A stretch of 64,000 bases of DNA from Pelagomonas calceolata (Eukaryota), in assembly GCA_918797485.1 (NCBI GenBank), contig CAKKNE010000003.1, positions 3,596,001 through 3,660,000 of the forward strand, read 5' to 3'. Below are positions 35,777 through 47,200 of this stretch, in pieces. Under the pieces are notes generated by a model. It ran no database searches. It saw only the letters and a list, made by a program, of their open reading frames with translations, and was not told the DNA's origin. A program made the position numbers and the translations under genes. The number at the start of each line of letters is the position of its first letter. Within the stretch, counting starts at the first letter, position 1.

Positions 35777-36970
35777 ACGGATTCCTACTAGTGTGTTGAT
35801 ACGCTAGATCACCAGGTCTTGCGGCTCGCCAAAATACACCAGCGATTGACGACGCCTTCTACGGTCCGATTGGTGAATTATATCACCTCCAGCCTAGTTT
35901 TCATACAAGTTCGACGGAACCGGAGCCGACGGCCCGCGCTCGGAGGGCGGGAAAAGAATTCTACTAGACAACTCCCGAGTTTATGTTCGTTTCCTTCCGT
36001 TTGTTGGTGGTAGATTCCATCTATGCCGAATCAGTGCCCACTGAGCTATTTGAGGTGATCCGTATGAGCCGCGCGATTCGTCGACTTTGGTACCGCGCGT
36101 TTACATATAAACGGGTAAATAAGTAAAACCCGCGAGTATCAGCGACTCCACCATCCAGATGGACCATAAAGCCGTTGTTCTATTCACAATCGACCGACTT
36201 GCCCGTTCTCCGCGGACGACGGTGCGTAGACGGAGGGCGGGAAAGGGCCCAGACCGGTGGTTTATAAAATAAATTTGCTTTTCAGGCGCTTTAGTAGTGG
36301 GACGGGCCAGATAACCGGGATGAGCGCCTACTACATTGCTCGAGACCCCACGATGCTCCGCGCGGCTCGGCCAACTCCCGAGCCCACGATCTCACTAATT
36401 TCGAACACAAGACTGAATCTGCGACTATCAGCCCGTGTACCATCACCATGGACCGTGATGCGATCATTTATTTCATGACCGACCGACTTGCGCGCGGTCC
36501 AGATCAAGATGTTCACGTCCCGAGCGTGGGCAGCCAAAAGTACCCTTCTTATAATGTAGATGTCATATACTTGTAATTGACTATCGGTGGGGTAGTATGG
36601 GGTCCAACGAGACCGCTACGGCGACTACTGGGGGGCCTCGGGTAATTGGCGTTTTTGCCGGGAACGGGGCGCCATCGGGTCCAAATTAGTTACTTTTTTC
36701 GGATGTAGATCGGCCCTCGGACTCGCTCCGGGATAGATCTGGGGTCGGGTGTCCCCCTAGACCGCATGCGGCGGTGCTTGGTGCTCCCCAGAGAGCTCTG
36801 GATCGAAATCTTTGGCAAATCATGGTCCAGAGCAATAGAGCGCAAAGGACCTTGCTTATATGTATGCACCGATGGAAGCCGCCGCGCGTGCGGTGTAGGC
36901 GCTTGCGCACGTCTACTACCGACCAAAAGCGCCCCCCTGGAGACCTCCGGGCCGCCACTGACAGGATTCC

Positions 36971-38902
36971 ATCGACGCGGCCGCCATGGCGGCGTCGTCA
37001 ATATCGCGAATTAAAAAAAATATTTTTTTCGCCCCCCAGTATGTGTCCCATTGATCTCTTTGGACCAGTAGCGAACCGAACGGTGCTCAAACGGCTGCAT
37101 GGCGCGCAGCTGTCTGCAGATTTTTCAGAAGGAGACATGTCTAGTACGTCTATGATCTAAGCAAGCAACGACTTTCACGTTGTGCGATTTTTTGAGGGCA
37201 ACAGGTGTCGTACCGGTGCAATGGCTGCTGCGCGACAGATCGTCGTGCGTTTCACCAGCACCAGCACGGCACCGGCGGCTGCTGCGCGCCTCGCGTCGCT
37301 CCGCCAGCGCGTCCTCACGGTTTGCCGCAGTGTCTACAATTTTCAGAAGCCGCGGCGCCGCGCGCGCGCGCGGCCCTGCCAGGCGGCCTCCGCGGCGCTG
37401 CGGCAGCGCAGCGGCCGGGAACGCGGCTCAACGCGCCCGGCGCCGCCGTTCGCTCCGACCGCACGCCAACAGCCGCCGGTTGCAATTCACAAATCGCAGA
37501 ACCGCGCGCGCTCGCCCTGGAAGCGATGGCCCTCCGCCATCACGCCATCACGCGCCGCCGCGCCGCAGGTCCCTGCCTCGATAAATGGCGCCGACGCCCT
37601 CGCCCGCCACGTCGCCGCGTCGTACCGCCTCAAGGACGCCGCCGTGCGCCTGAACTGGAAGGGCCGGCCTTTGGCCAGAGACGCCGCCGTCCGCACGTGC
37701 CTCGCGTCCGCGGAGCCGCCGGTTCTCGAAGCCCGATTGGCCCAGCCGCGGCCGACGCCGGCGCCCCACGGGCCCCATTCGCGAGCCGCGACGGCCGCCA
37801 CCCAATCGGGCAAGCGGCGGCGCCCCGTCGACGACGACCAGCTCAGGCCGACGTCGCGGCGGCGGCGCGCGACCGACGACTCGCTCGACTCGTGTTCGTT
37901 GAGCGACGGCTACCCCATGTCCGACTACGAGGACGCCGACGAGCCGCTCTACGCGAAACCGCTCCTGGCGGCGCACAAGGCGCCGCTGGTCCCGAGCTGG
38001 GCGCGCGAGCTGTCCGACGACGTGCTGCGAGAGCAGTCGACGATCGACCCCCTCGCGGTTTTTGTAGATCCATCTGAAAAACCGGTGGACCTGCGAGCCA
38101 TCCTGGGAAGGTCTCCGGTGGCGCCGCGGCGCAAGGTCCGCGCTAGGCAGGAGGCCCTGGACGCGACGTCGCCGTCGCAGTGGCCGTCGGCGCGCGGCGG
38201 CGGCGCGCCGGTCGACATTTGCCTCGTGGTCTTGGCCGGAGACACGCTACGGTCGCCGTTGGACGCGGGCGGCGTCGTGCGCCGCGGCGCGGAGTACGCG
38301 ACGATCATGCGCGACGTGGACACCTTCGGCAACCTCAGAAGGCACTACGCGAAGCACCACGGCCTCCGCGAGAGCGAGCTGGCCCTCTGGTCGCGGCAGC
38401 CCGGGAAACAGGACGTGAGGCTGTCGCTCGACGCCTGCGCGCGGCACTACCACCTGAGCGGCACGGCTACTGTGGTGGTCACGATCGCCGACGGGTCCGA
38501 TCAACGCCGGTCGCGCCTCGTGCCGCGGCGCCTGTCGGCGTCGCTCTCCGACTGAGCCTCTCTCTCTCTACGCCGTCCCGAAGCAGCACGCCGCGTTATT
38601 TAAGTATCATTACACTCACTGTCTCGCTCGGGCTTTTGGGCTTTGCATAGCCCAAGGACGGGCATTGGACATTGGGGGTCCCGGCGGGAGGCTGATTGGA
38701 GATTGGCCCGGGAAGATTGGAGATTGGAGTCTGGGCCCGGCGCGGATTCCGCGAGGAACTCCTAGACGCGACATGCAATTGTTTGAGTATCGTTCGGTTC
38801 GATACAGGTCCAAAGAGATCAATTGGGCACTTACTGGGGGGCGAAAAAAATATTTTTTTAAATTCGCGATATTGACGGTCCCGCCACGACGGCCACGTCG
38901 AT
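36971..38902. repeat. ~136-bp imperfect inverted repeat pair (36971-37106 and 38767-38902) enclosing one gene
   Basis: CGTCAATATCGCGAATT.AAAAAAATATTTTTTTCGCCCCCCAGTA..TTGATCTCTTTGGACC.GTA.CGAACCGAACG present in both orientations. Confidence 0.92.
37221..38555 (+). CDS. Hypothetical protein with IN-box-like motif and ubiquitin/SUMO-like segments
   Basis: VPSWARELSDDVLREQSTIDPLAVF..VDLRAIL; DTFGNLRRHYAKHHGL..L; start uncertain. Confidence 0.55.
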   Translation: MAAARQIVVRFTSTSTAPAAAARLASLRQRVLTVCRSVYNFQKPRRRARARPCQAASAALRQRSGRERGSTRPAPPFAPTARQQPPVAIHKSQNRARSPWKRWPSAITPSRAAAPQVPASINGADALARHVAASYRLKDAAVRLNWKGRPLARDAAVRTCLASAEPPVLEARLAQPRPTPAPHGPHSRAATAATQSGKRRRPVDDDQLRPTSRRRRATDDSLDSCSLSDGYPMSDYEDADEPLYAKPLLAAHKAPLVPSWARELSDDVLREQSTIDPLAVFVDPSEKPVDLRAILGRSPVAPRRKVRARQEALDATSPSQWPSARGGGAPVDICLVVLAGDTLRSPLDAGGVVRRGAEYATIMRDVDTFGNLRRHYAKHHGLRESELALWSRQPGKQDVRLSLDACARHYHLSGTATVVVTIADGSDQRRSRLVPRRLSASLSD

Positions 38903-39076
38903 CACGTGCGCCTGAAGACCGCTCACGCACATCCGCAGCACCAGCCCCCGCGACGAAGCGCGGTCCCCTCATTCGCGAACGCCCGGAAAAAAATCAAACA
39001 AAAACACAGAACAAAATTCCGCGTGCAGTTCCTCTCCCCCGGCTGGTGCCGCCCTGACTGTTACTAACTACGTTAT

Positions 39077-42000
39077 TCACGTATCTTTACACTCACGCAC
39101 ACGGTATCCTTCAATGGCCTCCTGGGGCACCCACGACGCCTGGCGGCACGTCGGGCACTCGACGCGCTGGCCCCTTCTTGTGGAGGGCGCGTTGTCGGCC
39201 CAGGCGTGGCTCACGAGCTGGCCGGCGCCGAAGAGGCAGTCGGCGTGGAGGCGGTGGCCGCACGCCTCGAGGCTCGGCGCGTCAGAGTCGAGGGGCTCGA
39301 GGCAGATGGCGCAGCACGGCTCCTCCTCGGGCAGCGCGTCCGAGGCGGCGGCGGCGGCGTCGGCGGCGTCGCCACCGACGAGCTCCCACTTCCGCTCGCC
39401 GGGCGTCTCAAGATCCTCATCCCAGAGAGACCCGTCGTCGTAGGTGACCTCGTGGCGCCGGCCGTCGAACGCGTTCACCGTCCCCGTGAACCACTCGCGG
39501 TCGTGGGGCCACCAGATGCGAACCTTGCGGCCGATCAGGGCCGGCCCGCACGGCGCCGTCGCGGCGGGGCGTTCCTCCTCCGCTTTGCTGTCCTCTTCGC
39601 CATCAGCCTCGTCGACAACGTTCCTCGCCTCGAACTTGCCGCGGATGACTAAGCGCGCTTTCGACGGACGCGACACGAGATCGGAGATGTCCTTGCGGTC
39701 GCGAAGTTCCGCAAACGCGGCGGCGGCGTCGTCCCGAGTCGCGAACCGCCGCCAACTTTTTTCGCCGGTGCGTCGGACCTCTACGAGTCCAAGCCTCGGC
39801 CTCTTGCGGGCCGGGGCCGCGTCATCGTCGCCCGACGACCCATCGCCTACATTTCGCGCCTCGTACTTGTCGCGGATGTGTTGAGGGGCCAGAAAATTCT
39901 TGTCGATGAGCCAAGAGATATAATACGCTTTCAGCCCGGTGAATGCCCTCGCCGCGTCCGCCCGCGAAGCGAAGCGCCGCCACTCCTTGTCGCCGACGCG
40001 GCGGACCTCACACGCTAGTTCGCCGTTCGAGCGGGGCGCAGTCGTCGGCGCGTCGTCTTCGCCGTCGTCACCATCGACGGCGTTTCGCGCCTCGTATCGC
40101 TCGCGGATAAGGTGCGGAGCCGGATCTGTCGGGGTTTTGTTGATGAGCCGTCCAATATTCTGACTAGACAGGCCGGGAAACACACCATCCGCGGCCGCCC
40201 GGGAATCGAAGCGCCGCCACTTTTCATCTCCAACCTCGCGGACCTCGCAGGCGAGTCTCGTCCCGCTAGGCGCCGACGCCCGCGCTTCCGCGGTGTCGGC
40301 CGGCCCCGACGCCGACCCTTCGGCCGCCGGAGCGGCCGAGCCCACCCGCTCGGCCACCGCAGCGCGCCGCTTCTTCAGAGGGCGAACCAGCGCCTCGACG
40401 ACGCCCCACTCCTTGTCGTTCGACCCGTCGCTGTACTGCAGATCCACGACCCCAAAGCCGCGTACCGCCCTCACGCCGATCACGATCGCCGGGTAGTAAT
40501 CGAGACCTGCCTTCCAGCGCGCCTCCACGGCGTCGCCGACGGCGTAGCGCGCCGACGCGGGCGCCGGCTCCTTCGCATGCAGGGACTCGTCGTCGTCGGA
40601 GCTGTCGGTGCTCGGGCGCCGCCCGGACGCGGCGGCGGGGGCCGGCGCCGGCGCCGGCGCACCGGTCTCGGTCAGCAGCTCGGGATAGTGCGCCCGCGCG
40701 ACTGCGAGCAGGCTTCGGTACACCTTCGTGTCGCCCGCGCGCGTGTAGCTCCGGTCGATGGACCCCTTGCCATCGTCGCGCCTCCTCTCCGTCGTGTCCC
40801 ACTGATCCCGGGTCATGCGCGTGACGAGCGCGTCGTAGTCGCAGCGGACGCCCCATCTTTCGGATGTGGAAGGACTCCAGCCCGCGCCAGCCAAGCCACC
40901 CGCGGCGGATTTTGCCGTAGGCGCGCGCGTCGAGGCGCGAAACGCAGTCCGCTTACGCTTCGGCGGTGGCGCCTTCGGTGGCGCGGCGGCGGCGGATGCC
41001 GCAGCGGGCGCCGGCGCTGGTGCCGGCGCTGGTGCCGGCGCTGGTGCCGGCGCTGGTGCCGCCTCGGCCTCGTCGCCGGTCGCGGCCTCCTGCGAGACGC
41101 AGGCGAAGCAGTCGCGGCCGACCGTGCTCGTCCGCCGGTTGACGAACGCGTCGATGGGTTTGCGCGCGTCGCAGCGCGAGCAGCGGAACAACCGCCCAAG
41201 GAGCGCGTCCGTCGTCGTCACATTGTCGGCCTGGGCCTGGGGCTCGCTGTACTCCTCCACCTCTGGCGCCATGCCGCTCTCGCCTGGGACCGAGGCTCGG
41301 CACTTCTTCGAGCAGAACCAGTGCCCGCTCGGCACCGCGCCCAAGCCGGCGCAGTAGTAGTGCGCCTCGACGGTGCAGCCGTCGCCGTCACAAAGCAGGA
41401 TCGAACCCGGATCCGCGCCCGACGCGCACAGGGCGCAGTCCTCGCGCGCGAATGCCCAGGTTGCGCCGAGGTAGGGCTCGCCCGTGCGACATGCGTTGTT
41501 GATGCGCGACTCGTGCGTCTCTCCGGCCGGCGCGTCGTCGTCCACGCGGTAGCACTGCGCCGCCGTGCGCGCGGTACAAAAGTACTTGTGTACCTTGTTT
41601 CTACCACTCGCCCGCTCGACCGCGCGGGAACCATCGCCGAGCCGCCTCGACGCGCGGCAGGGGCAGTCGGCCTCGAGGGTCGAGCACTCGCGCACCCTAC
41701 AGGTCAGGCCGATGTCGGCACATGTCGTCGACCGAGAGGCACTCCGGCCGGAGGGCAGCGCCCTGATCTTCCGACAGCGCGCGCAGCGGATCCGCGGCAC
41801 GTTTGAGCAGGACGGTTTGACCAGGACGCGCCCTCGCGCAGCGTCGACGGCGATCGCAGCGTTCCGCGCGAACGCCTTGGCCGCCTCGTGCACTGCGTGG
41901 CCGGGAGGGTTGTACCTCGTCGCGTTCGCCACGATGAGATCGAGCCTGTCGGCTAGCTGGGCGACGCTCGTGACCCTGCGGCTCGTGATGTCGGTCCGGA

Positions 42001-43843
42001 GCGTCGAGAGGTCCATGGGCTCTGCTACGACGTCGAGATAGTCCGGCACGTAAAGCGTGTCGACGGGCTCCCGGAAGAAGGCAGACTCTTGGCCTTTTAT
42101 GAGCTCGACGGTCGCTGCCAGCAGCGCGCTGCGCGTCGCTGCCGCGGCGTTGCTGTCGGCCTCGTCGTCGCGGCGAGCGGCGCGTGGTACCGCGCGGAGC
42201 ACTCGACGTTGTGCCGGCTCGGCGCGCACCGAGGCCACTAACTTGCCCGGGGCGACCCGGCCTCCCAGCTTTATGCGCACGCCAAGTGTCGCGGCCCCGC
42301 GCCGCGTCAACGAGACCGGCGCCGGCGCCTCTTGTGCGGCCTTGAAATCGTAGCCGCAGCCAGGACACTCATTCGCCCTGCAGCCGACGGGCTCGCCACA
42401 TTCTGGACACGGCTTCTGTCGCGGGCGGTAGGACACGTAAACGTTCTCAGCAACGACGCGGCGCGCCTCGAAGCGCGCGCGGACGGCGGGCGGGCACTCG
42501 GACGGATGGTTAAGGAGAGCCGAGAGAGTATTTTCTGTCAGTCCGGGGAACGCGCGGACGGCAAGGCTCTGCGACGCAAACCGTTCCCACGCACCACCGG
42601 ACCGACGGACCTCGCACACCTTGCCGCAGCCCCCTTTTGCCGGCACGTCCAAGCCGGGCCGATAGACCCGGGTGGCCACGAGCGCGGCTGCACCTTCCGA
42701 GGCGTAGTTCCCGAGAAAGTCGTCTCCGAGCTGCACGCGGAAGCGCCCGTTTGGGAGCCGGTAGACGCCATCACGCACACCCGAAGACCTCGGCGGCGGC
42801 AAGCCGCGGTAATCGAACTTGAGACCATTGGCGTGGGTCGTGCGGCCGCAGACGCCGTCCTCGACCCATGGCTCGGGGAGGCCCCACTCGCGGGCGGCGG
42901 CCGCGCAATCGCTGTAGGCCGCGAGCTCCGTTCCCGTCGCCGGATCGACCCAAGCGATGGGCGCTCCTTCCCGCGACAAGGACGGCGGCTCGCGCCGAGT
43001 CAAGTGATGGAAGTCCTCGAGGGTGTCCAGGTCGTCGCATAGCAAACGCGTGACGCGGCGCCGCATCGCCGCGTCATCCGTACCGGCACCGGCCAGGATG
43101 CGCGTGAAATGAGCCATCCTCCCGCTCGCGCGGAGGCCCTCGCGGAAGGCGTAGGCGGCGAACGGGCGCGCGGGCGCGGCGACGCAGCCGGCGCGCGCCT
43201 CGAAGCTCGTCGCGGTCATGACGGCGCCGACCATCGCCTCGCCGAGCGCCGCGAGCGGATGCCCCGTCGCCGCGTCTGCCGGCGGCGCCGTTACCTCGGC
43301 GAAGACGTCCGCTTCGCGTCGCTCTTGCTGCGCGCGCCGGCCCATCGCCGCGGCCAGCGCCTGCAACCCTGGCTTCAGCGTCCGCTCGTCGCCGTATTCG
43401 TCGAACGAGCGCGCCGACCGGAGGAGCTCCTCCTCGAGGCGCTGCGCTAGCTTCGGCACTTTGCGCTGCCAGTCCGCGTCTCCGGGCCTCCGGCTCTGCA
43501 GGAGCCGGGCGACGCTCCGGACCGTCTTCAGCCGCTCGGAGACGTGCTGTGCCCTGACGTACCAGGCTGGGTCGCGTGGTTCTTCCGGCGCGGCAGCCGG
43601 CGCTGGAGGCGGAGGGGGCGCGACGACGCGGAGGAAGCGCTCGGGCGTCGCCCAGACTTTGCCGTCGTCTTCGTAGCGGACGCGCCAGACACGCTCATCA
43701 TAACCTGGTCGAGGGCAACCACTCGGCAGCTCGTGTACGGTCCCGGGCGCGACGACCGTCCCGCGGTACCGCGCCGTATGTTCGGGGCCGAACGCCTGTG
43801 GCGCTGCCTCGACGACCGTGCCGACGCAGATGCGATGCGCCAT
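39077..43843 (-). CDS. Large multidomain chromatin protein (KIX-like, AP2-like, bromodomain, PHD, Tudor-like domains, RING)
   Basis: FREPVD..PDYLDVVAEPMDL..NATRYN; CALC..ILLCDG..C..H..C..VPSGHWFC; GRKVRIWWPHDREWFTG; CAICLE..CGHRLHADC. Confidence 0.85.
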   Translation of the reverse strand: MAHRICVGTVVEAAPQAFGPEHTARYRGTVVAPGTVHELPSGCPRPGYDERVWRVRYEDDGKVWATPERFLRVVAPPPPPAPAAAPEEPRDPAWYVRAQHVSERLKTVRSVARLLQSRRPGDADWQRKVPKLAQRLEEELLRSARSFDEYGDERTLKPGLQALAAAMGRRAQQERREADVFAEVTAPPADAATGHPLAALGEAMVGAVMTATSFEARAGCVAAPARPFAAYAFREGLRASGRMAHFTRILAGAGTDDAAMRRRVTRLLCDDLDTLEDFHHLTRREPPSLSREGAPIAWVDPATGTELAAYSDCAAAAREWGLPEPWVEDGVCGRTTHANGLKFDYRGLPPPRSSGVRDGVYRLPNGRFRVQLGDDFLGNYASEGAAALVATRVYRPGLDVPAKGGCGKVCEVRRSGGAWERFASQSLAVRAFPGLTENTLSALLNHPSECPPAVRARFEARRVVAENVYVSYRPRQKPCPECGEPVGCRANECPGCGYDFKAAQEAPAPVSLTRRGAATLGVRIKLGGRVAPGKLVASVRAEPAQRRVLRAVPRAARRDDEADSNAAAATRSALLAATVELIKGQESAFFREPVDTLYVPDYLDVVAEPMDLSTLRTDITSRRVTSVAQLADRLDLIVANATRYNPPGHAVHEAAKAFARNAAIAVDAARGRVLVKPSCSNVPRIRCARCRKIRALPSGRSASRSTTCADIGLTCRVRECSTLEADCPCRASRRLGDGSRAVERASGRNKVHKYFCTARTAAQCYRVDDDAPAGETHESRINNACRTGEPYLGATWAFAREDCALCASGADPGSILLCDGDGCTVEAHYYCAGLGAVPSGHWFCSKKCRASVPGESGMAPEVEEYSEPQAQADNVTTTDALLGRLFRCSRCDARKPIDAFVNRRTSTVGRDCFACVSQEAATGDEAEAAPAPAPAPAPAPAPAPAPAAASAAAAPPKAPPPKRKRTAFRASTRAPTAKSAAGGLAGAGWSPSTSERWGVRCDYDALVTRMTRDQWDTTERRRDDGKGSIDRSYTRAGDTKVYRSLLAVARAHYPELLTETGAPAPAPAPAAASGRRPSTDSSDDDESLHAKEPAPASARYAVGDAVEARWKAGLDYYPAIVIGVRAVRGFGVVDLQYSDGSNDKEWGVVEALVRPLKKRRAAVAERVGSAAPAAEGSASGPADTAEARASAPSGTRLACEVREVGDEKWRRFDSRAAADGVFPGLSSQNIGRLINKTPTDPAPHLIRERYEARNAVDGDDGEDDAPTTAPRSNGELACEVRRVGDKEWRRFASRADAARAFTGLKAYYISWLIDKNFLAPQHIRDKYEARNVGDGSSGDDDAAPARKRPRLGLVEVRRTGEKSWRRFATRDDAAAAFAELRDRKDISDLVSRPSKARLVIRGKFEARNVVDEADGEEDSKAEEERPAATAPCGPALIGRKVRIWWPHDREWFTGTVNAFDGRRHEVTYDDGSLWDEDLETPGERKWELVGGDAADAAAAASDALPEEEPCCAICLEPLDSDAPSLEACGHRLHADCLFGAGQLVSHAWADNAPSTRRGQRVECPTCRQASWVPQEAIEGYRVRECKDT

Positions 43844-44253
43844 CTCGGGCTTGACGCTCGGATCGCACGCGCCGGGTGGTGGGCAGCCGATCTCACGCCA
43901 GGGCCGAATAACAGCTGCCTATCCGCCGCGCGACGCGCTGCCCGAGGCGGAGGGGCGTCTCCCGCGTGTCTACTATGGGCAGACCCGAGACGGGGCAGCC
44001 GCAACAGCCTGCGGAGAGCGCATTTAAAGCTCGATCCCGATCCTAGTGTGTTACATGCCGCTAGTTCAGGGGCTGGGTTCCATTGCTCGCTGGCTGAGAC
44101 GCTAACCGACTCAGCAGCAAGCGCACAGGACTCCCACGAGACCGCTTTCGACCGCTAAGAAAGATCGAGACCGCTGCGATCTCGTAACGAGCAAAAACGC
44201 AGCCGGCCCACCCAAGAGAGCATCGAGTCCCACGCCGTGCGACGGGGATAAAA

Positions 44254-47200
44254 ATGGACTTCACGAAGTTCTTCGCGCCGCCCGCGCCCGCGCCCGCCAA
44301 GAAGCGGCGCGCGACGAAGGCCAAGCCGCCGCCGAAGCGCCTCAAACCGGACTCGACGCCGCTGCCGCCCAAATACGCGTCGCTGCTGACGCAATACGAC
44401 CAGCTCCGCCAGGTGGCCCGGTCGCTCGAGGCGATGCGCGTGCGCACGACGCTGGCGCAGCTCTGTGGTGCGGTGCCGCAACTCTCACTCACGGAGGCGA
44501 CGGTGCGGACGTGCGCGCTGGCGTGTCCGCGCGCGCTGACCGTCGACGATTCCGACGGTACTCCGCTGGTCGTCTTCCCGAAGCTCTCCGACTCAGATCG
44601 GAGGCGCGGCGCGACGTACGAGGCGGCGCGGAGGTCGACGCTCGAATGTTCTCTCAGAGAGCAGGCGGACGCGGCGCACGCTTGTTGGCTAGCGCAACGG
44701 AGCCTGGAGCCACCCTTGAATGGTTACCACGCGGATTTTGATGAGGGACCACAACTAGGGCAAGCGCCGAAACCACCACCTCCGTCGCCGGCCAAAATAA
44801 AACCGCAGCCGCCGACCGACGCCCTACTCCCCCTCCAGCGCCTAGCTGGCGAGGCCTGGTACGAGGGCCAGGCTGTTCGAGTCGAAACTTTAGAAAAGCG
44901 GCCGGGCCGCTACGCGTCGGTTACGAAACCGCTGCCCGACCAGGTGCGCAAGTTCCTAGAACCGCTGCGACTCTACGAGCACCAAGCTAGAGCGATTGAC
45001 GCTTCATTGGGTGGCGCCGACGTCGCGTTAGCCACGGGGACGGCGTCGGGCAAGACCTTGTCCTACGTCGTACCTGCCTTGTGTGCGGCCGCATCAACGG
45101 ACGGCTGCGTCGCGCTGTTCCTGTTCCCGACCAAAGCCCTCGCCCAGGACCAGCTCGCCTCCCTCAAACGAGCTATTGAAGCGTGCTCGCTGGACGCTTC
45201 ATGCTCGACGCTGGACGGCGACACTGCAGATGAGGAGAGACAATCGATAGCGCAGTCGCCGTCGACGTTCATCATCACGAACCCCGACATGCTCCACTAC
45301 ACGTTGTTGCCCGGAGCGTCGCAAAGGTGGCGGCGATTGTTTGATGACTTACGTTACGTCGTCGTCGACGAGGCTCATGTTTACGTCGGAGGCTTCGGCG
45401 CCCACGTCGCCGCGGTGTTGCGGCGTCTACAAAGGTTAGCGCCGTCCTGTCAATATTTTGCGTGTTCTGCTACGGTCCGCGACGCGGCCGGGCACGCTTC
45501 TTCACTCCTACCGCCCTCGTCGCGCCAGCTGGTCGTGATCGACGACGACGCGTCGCCGCGGGGCCCGAAGCAGGTCGTGGTGTGGAACCCGCCCCTCAAG
45601 AAAGAGAAGAAAATTAAGAGGAAGAAAGTCGAGGCAGAAACGGACGAGTATAATTCCGACACCGAGGAGTACGACGAGGACCAAGCCTTACAGGGCGAGG
45701 AGAAGGCCCGCGCGGCGATGATGCTCGCGGAGCGCAAAGCTCTGGCCGTGGAAGGTACTGATGGTGAGCCTATCAGAAGGAAGTCGGCCATCGTCGAGGC
45801 GGCTCGGATAGTGGCTTCTCTGACCTCGCACGGCGTGCGCACGCTCTGCTTCGCGAAGACGCGCAAGCTCCAGGAGCTCGTTTTGGGATATGCGTGCGAG
45901 CGGTCCTCGACAAGATTAGCTGGTTACAGGGGCGGCTACACGCCTGCCGAGAGACGTAGGATCGAGTCAGACTTCTTCGAGGGCCGGCTGGACGGCGTCG
46001 TCGCGACCTGTGCTTTAGAGTTAGGTGTGGACGTGGGAGATCTTGACGCCACAGTACACTTAGGATGGCCCGGGAGCCGCTGCTCTTTAAGGCAGCAGGC
46101 GGGGCGGGCGGGCCGAGATCCCGCGCGAGCGTCGTTGGCCGTGGTCGTCTTGTTCAACGGTCCCTTGGATCAGTTGATGGCGCAGAAGGCGCCGTTGCTG
46201 ACCGGCGAGGTCGAGCCGTGCGCTTTGTTGGTTGCGGCGTGGAAATCAACCAGTGCGTCGGGTGCAGGCATCGCGTCGATGGCGTATTTCCACGCAGGTC
46301 CATCGCGAACGAGCGCGTTTTGAGGGACCAGCTGCTCTGCGCGGCGGCCGAGGCGCCCCTAGCTACAGAAGACCGGGCAAGGTTTGTGGGTCGTAGAGAC
46401 GGGTCTGTACCAGAAGAGTCGGGACGAGTCTACGACCGGGCCCTCGATTCATTGAGAAGGGACGGGAGTCTGGTAGAAAGGTCCAAGGCCCTATGTTGTC
46501 GGAGGAGCGACGTCAAACATGCGAAAAATGTCCCTCTGCGCGTCGTCGATCCAGTTACCATAGAAGTGCGGATCAACGGCGTGGTGCTCGACACCGTGCC
46601 GTACGCTAGAGCGTTCTACGAGTTGTTCGAGGGGGCCATCTACCTGCACCAGGTGCCGGAGCGGCGTCCTTTTGTTTTTGCGACTTCCCCACGCCATCGC
46701 CGCGACGTCGTCTCCTTCCTTGAGTCGGCTCGATGGCGTGGAGGTCGTCGCGGTCTACGCCGCCGGCACGCCATCGCCGCGACCCGTAATGACGCAGGCC
46801 CGCCCCCACCTCGTCACGAAGCTCGACCTCCAAGCTAGATATGCGTCCGTCAAACGGTTGCGGACCTGCGGCTACATCACGGCTTCCAGGAATCACACCG
46901 ACGTCGATCCGGTTCGAGTCCTCGAAGCGAGAGGACCACTAAAAACAGGAGTCGTCCACGTCGTCAGCAAAGTCTGGGGCTACCGGAAAGTTTGTAGGCA
47001 GACCTTCAAAGTGCTCGAGTTGAAGGAATTTTCTCTTCCACCTCTCGAATTTGATAGTAGGGGCACGTGGGTCGACGTCCCGTCTTCCGCAATTGAGAAG
47101 ATGGCTTCGTTGAACCTGGACGCGCGGTCGGGAGTCCACGCGGCGAATCACGCTTTACTGATCGTGGCGCCCTTGTTTGTCGTGGCCGATGCGGCGGATA

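Noticed and set aside
41005..41062. 12-bp tandem repeat
   Set aside because: It encodes a low-complexity Ala-Pro linker.
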